From contig CM052817.1 in assembly GCA_028534125.1 (NCBI GenBank), positions 20,772,001 to 20,836,000 on the forward strand: 64,000 nucleotides of DNA, in the 5' to 3' direction. The DNA comes from Lama glama. Taxonomy: Eukaryota. Shown here piece by piece: positions 63,683 to 64,000 of this stretch (within the stretch, counting starts at the first letter, position 1; the number at the start of each line of letters is the position of its first letter). A program made the position numbers and the translations under genes. The notes beneath the pieces were generated by a model. That model was not told the origin of the DNA. It saw only the letters and a list, made by a program, of their open reading frames with translations, and ran no database searches.

Positions 63683-64000
63683 CAGTTGACCCTTGAACAA
63701 CACAGGTTTGAACTGCCTGGATCCACTTACACACAGATTTTTTTTTTCAATAAATATAGTTCCCCCATTTTTGTTTTACAGATCTTTAAATTAACTAAGT
63801 GTAGGGGAAAGTTTATGTTCAATTAGACATCAAAATATTTGGAATCAGAAGAGCTAGGATTTAAGTCTTGATTCTGTCTAAACTGTTTTCTTGTCCTTGA
63901 GTGAGTCATTTATCAATTCTTTTGTTTTTTGAGGCAGAGGCAGTGGTACATGGATTTTTGACAGCAGGGGGTGGACACCCCAACCCCTGGGTAGTTCGAG
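63683..64000. mobile_element. Tigger2-derived MITE (Tigger2a_Art-like); right TIR cut by the window edge
   Basis: TA + cagttgacccttgaacaacacaggtttgaactgcctggatccactta; right end ggatttttgacagcagggggtggacaccccaacccctgggtagttcgag. Confidence 0.85.

Noticed and set aside
1..64000. CRISPR arrays, operons or prokaryotic defence systems
   Set aside because: The sequence is mammalian; it shows no regularly spaced repeat-spacer arrays and no gene-dense regions.

Overview
AT-rich mammalian genomic DNA, non-coding (intergenic or deep intronic). It is most likely from a camelid: a camelid-type tRNA-derived SINE lies at 37851-38003 and a camelid-type L1 3' end at 34282-34437. No host protein-coding exon was recognised; the only interpretable ORFs are decayed retroelement fragments. 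A large share of the window is interspersed repeats: several L1s, L2 and MIR fragments, three MLT2 LTRs, MLT1 LTRs, an ERVL LTR with internal sequence, ERV1 solo LTRs, a 5.3 kb 3'-truncated MER4-group-like ERV1 provirus with gag and integrase remnants, and hAT/Tigger DNA transposons. There are two N gaps (500 and 100 bp). The best candidates for follow-up are a ~1 kb doubly deleted 'mini-L1' with an in-frame ORF2 fusion, three perfect STAT GAS sites within 108 bp, an extended CTCF site, a motif-dense enhancer-like block near 59.5 kb, CpG-enriched patches inside ancient repeats, and a hairpin with C/D-box-like motifs near 54.8 kb. Repeat family names come from recalled consensus sequences, not from a database search. 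I found no evidence for a new multi-gene system.
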